Of a stretch of DNA of 64,000 nucleotides, positions 61,033-64,000 are shown one piece after another. The translations under genes and the position numbers were made by a program. Position 1 is the stretch's first letter, and the number at the start of each line of letters is the position of its first letter. Origin of the DNA: the human T2T-CHM13v2.0 reference genome, Homo sapiens; the NCBI RefSeq assembly GCF_009914755.1, contig NC_060927.1; one strand, 5' to 3'. Under the pieces are notes generated by a model that had not been told where the DNA came from, searched no databases, and saw only the letters and a program-made list of their open reading frames with translations.

Positions 61033-61468
61033 TTCTTTAAAATTGAGATAGGGTCTCACTATGTTTCCCAGGCTGGTCTCAAATTTCTGGGTTCAAAAGA
61101 TCCCCCAGTGACCAGGAGGGGTGGCTCATGCCTGTAATTGCAACACTTTGCGAGACTGAGATGGGAGGATCACTTGAGGCCAGGAATTTAAGACCACCAT
61201 GGGCAACAAAGCAATACTTGTCTCCACAATAAATTTTAAAAATTAGGCATGATAGCAATGTGCCTATTATCCTGGCTACTTGTGAGACGAAGGTGGGAGG
61301 ATCACCTGAGCCTGGGAGGTTGAGTCTGCAGTGAGCCATGATTGCACCACTGCACTCTAACCTGGGCAACAGCATGAGACCCTACCTTAAAAAATAATAA
61401 TAAAAAGACCCCCAGCTTCAGCCTCCCAAGTTCCCAAGACTACAAGTGTGTGCCACTGCACCTGACCT
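61033..61468 (-). mobile_element. FLAM (Alu monomer) split by an AluJ
   Basis: gagatagggtctcactatg...gggttcaaaaga [AluJ] ...cagcctcccaagt...gccactgcacctgacc. Confidence 0.75.
61110..61402 (+). mobile_element. AluJ (Jo/Jr-like)
   Basis: gggaggatcacttgaggccagg and gagcctgggaggttgagtctgcagtgagccatgatt; TSD aaaaga(t)cccccag at 61095-61108 and 61403-61415. Confidence 0.85.
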
Positions 61469-62349
61469 GGTAATTTTTTATTATTCCTTTAAACATTATG
61501 GGAATTTTTCTAGTACTCAGTTAAGTTACTCTGAAACAGTTTAATCTATTAAGGCTTGCATTTAAGCTTTGTTGGGACAGATCTTAAGGCAGCCTTTGCT
61601 CTAAGGCTAACTTATCCCAAATACTGAAGTTGTAACTATGCGAGGACTTGAACCAATGCCCATGTATAAGGAGGCCTTTCCAAACTCAATAGAACAGAAA
61701 ATATTCCCAGCTTGCAAGGAGCTCCTAGCATTATTAAACTGCTTCCCAAAAATTATATCGCTGCCCTTACCGAGTTCCCTTTCATACACTCTAAAACCAG
61801 TACTCTGCCAAAAACAAGAGGGGATGCTTCTGCAAATTACCAGAATGCCCTCTATGAATTCCATCTTCTCTGGTGTTCTGCCTCAACAAATACCTGCCTT
61901 ACTGGCCTCTTGAATTCTGTCTCCTGTGTTATTACTTGGAAACTCTCTGCAGGCTGATAGACTCTCTTCGGCTTCTTCTCTTTGCTCTGGGATCACATTC
62001 CTGTACTATGTTTTCCAATGATTGTATGCAAACCATTGTTTTATATGTTTTATCTATTTTCTTATTATTTAAAGCAAGAAGGAATCTGGTCTTTCTTACT
62101 CCATCATGTCTGTAAGTAGAAGTCCCTGAAATTGCTTTTTAATTTCCATTTCCCATTGTGTATTGCTAGTGACTTCTGCTTGTTTTTAATTTTGGATTAC
62201 ATTTATCATTGACATAATTGTATTTTTACATTTATATTTTCAAAGTAAGAATATTAAAAATAAACTCAGTAATTGCATTCATGCTCTCATACCCTTACAC
62301 AACTCCTTTGGCTAAGCTTTACCATTTTAGTTGATTCTTCTGAGTTTTC

Positions 62350-63450
62350 TGGTAATGGTCTCATAATATGAAAAGACAGCTCTGCAAAGATCCATGGGGT
62401 GGGGACTTGAGCCAGAGACAAAATACAAATGCCTTGATGCTTTCAAGAGTGTTGCCTATTTTAAAAATAATAAAAGAGAAATAAAGGAATAAAATGAAAG
62501 CCCGGAAAGTGTCCAGAGCATTATAGTGAAGAAAGGAAAGACACCATTCATTTTAGGTTATAGAAGTCACAGAAATCTTATCAGGTAGGGCCTGATGTGC
62601 TAGCATAAAAAAAACTTAGCCATTATTCTCAATGTAATAAGAAGCAACTGAAGAGTTTTAAGCAGGGGAATGATCGGAGAAGGTTTTCAATCTTAAAACT
62701 ATCCCTCTAGTAAGAAACATGGAGGGTGAATTTTGTTAAGGGGACAGCAATAGCTATATGAAGACAAATTAATAGAGGCATGGTAAAAGTTTAGGGGACA
62801 GATGATAATTTTGCCCATATAGGTGACCAGAGTAGAAACAGAAAGGTAAAAATGGCTTCAGATTACATTTGTTTTCATTAGAAATTGCTGGTGAGTTTCA
62901 TGTGATGGTAAAGGGAAGAAATAAATAAGAATGATTCTCTGGCTTTTGAGAAACTGGGTTCTCTGAATTACAAGCAAGAAACAGAGTTGATGGGAGGAGA
63001 TTGGGGGACCAAGAATTCTGTTTTGGCCTGTTCAACTCGAGGGACCTATTAGACATTCATCTGCATATATCAAGTATGAGGTTGGTTATGTTGGCTTGGA
63101 GCTCAGAGACTGGGGAGGGCAGAAAACAATCTGAGAGGTAATGAACAACGCAGTAGATCAAACCGTCCTGGGAAAACATGTGTTTGGAGAATAACAGGGG
63201 TGAGACCCAAGCCCTTAGTACATATAAACATGCAGGTCTGGCAGAGGAAAAGAAAGCAGCAAGACAATACTGAGAAAATGAAGTCAGGTAGGAAAAAAAT
63301 GGAAAAGTGCTATGTCATAGAAAAGAAATGTGCAACTCAAGAAGGAAATAAAGTTGTGTCCAACTCGGATCTGTAAATAAAAGAATACAGCAATCTCAAA
63401 GAGAAATAGAGATGGAAGCACAGATAGCCCAGAAAAAGACAGGGGAAAAA
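62350..63450 (-). mobile_element. L2 fragment
   Basis: agcaactgaagagttttaagcaggggaatgatc...aagaattctgttttggcctgtt...gacctattagacattca. Confidence 0.7.
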
Positions 63451-63714
63451 AAGGAGTGGGCGCTACCTGCTTCTTTTCAGTCCCCGTCATGTTGGGTAAT
63501 ATTTCCTATAACTGAGATCCATGCAGTTCCCAATATGTCCTCCAAATTCCCTTCACATATTCCGGGCAGATTTCTCTCTCATAGTTATGAATCCTATGAC
63601 ACTGCTTCAAGAGAAGGAACTAGATAGCCTGAAGCAGTAATTCATATGTTAAAAAAAAACTTTTTGAGAATCATAATTGATGACTACAGCCATGTGTGAC
63701 TTTTTAAAGGGGTA

Positions 63715-63960
63715 ACAACAAAAAAAAGAATGAACATTTGAATGTGACCTATATACCAGACATAAGATGTGCTTCACCATACATTAAGTCATTTAACCAC
63801 ATAGCAAATATGCAGGATTAGATTCTGTTATTCCTATTTGGATATAAAGAAATGAAAGCTTGGTCAAGTTAGTCAAGTCTCTATTCCTTGGATGTAAAGC
63901 TAATTCATGGCAGCCAAGTTTCAAATCAAAGTTTACTTCAAAGCTCACCATGAACACTCT
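63715..63960 (-). mobile_element. MIR
   Basis: aacatttgaatgtgacctatataccagac...ttattcctatttggatataaagaaatgaaagct. Confidence 0.55.
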
Positions 63961-64000
63961 CCCAAATAACGCATTATTTTGAAGGACATGATTTTTTTCC

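Larger units (their letters stand above)
60900..62130 (-). mobile_element. Old L1M 5'-region fragment interrupted by FLAM/AluJ
   Basis: cctgggtctgtttctgctga; aggcttgcatttaagctttgttggg; gaatgccctctatgaattccatc. Confidence 0.5.

Overview
Human/primate genomic DNA that is AT-rich and very repeat-dense, with no CpG island. I could not recognise any host protein-coding exon or RNA gene; almost all ORF-track entries are decayed L1 ORF1/ORF2 fragments, antisense L1 frames or Alu frames. The left 24 kb is an L1 cluster: an L1PA16-like tail, a full-length L1PB1, a 5'-truncated L1PA5/6 ('A', minus), an internally deleted old L1M with a MER1 insertion, and a near full-length L1PA7 ('B', minus). The middle 24-51 kb is mostly unique or anciently repetitive DNA (MIR, L2, hAT) with solo LTRs (MER61, MER21, MER50, MLT1, LTR7B) and candidate CTCF and enhancer motifs. 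The right end holds a full-length L1PA6 ('C', plus) with an open ORF0, an L1PA13 carrying a HERV-K LTR5A, and old L1M/L2 DNA. The most notable signal is that the three separately inserted L1PA copies A, B and C share patches of non-consensus mutations, some of them inactivating: an RT FADD->DG change, a 4-bp frameshift, and an identical template-switch inverted insertion. This points to local non-allelic gene conversion across about 45 kb, including between inverted copies. Subfamily calls come from recalled consensus sequences, not from an alignment.
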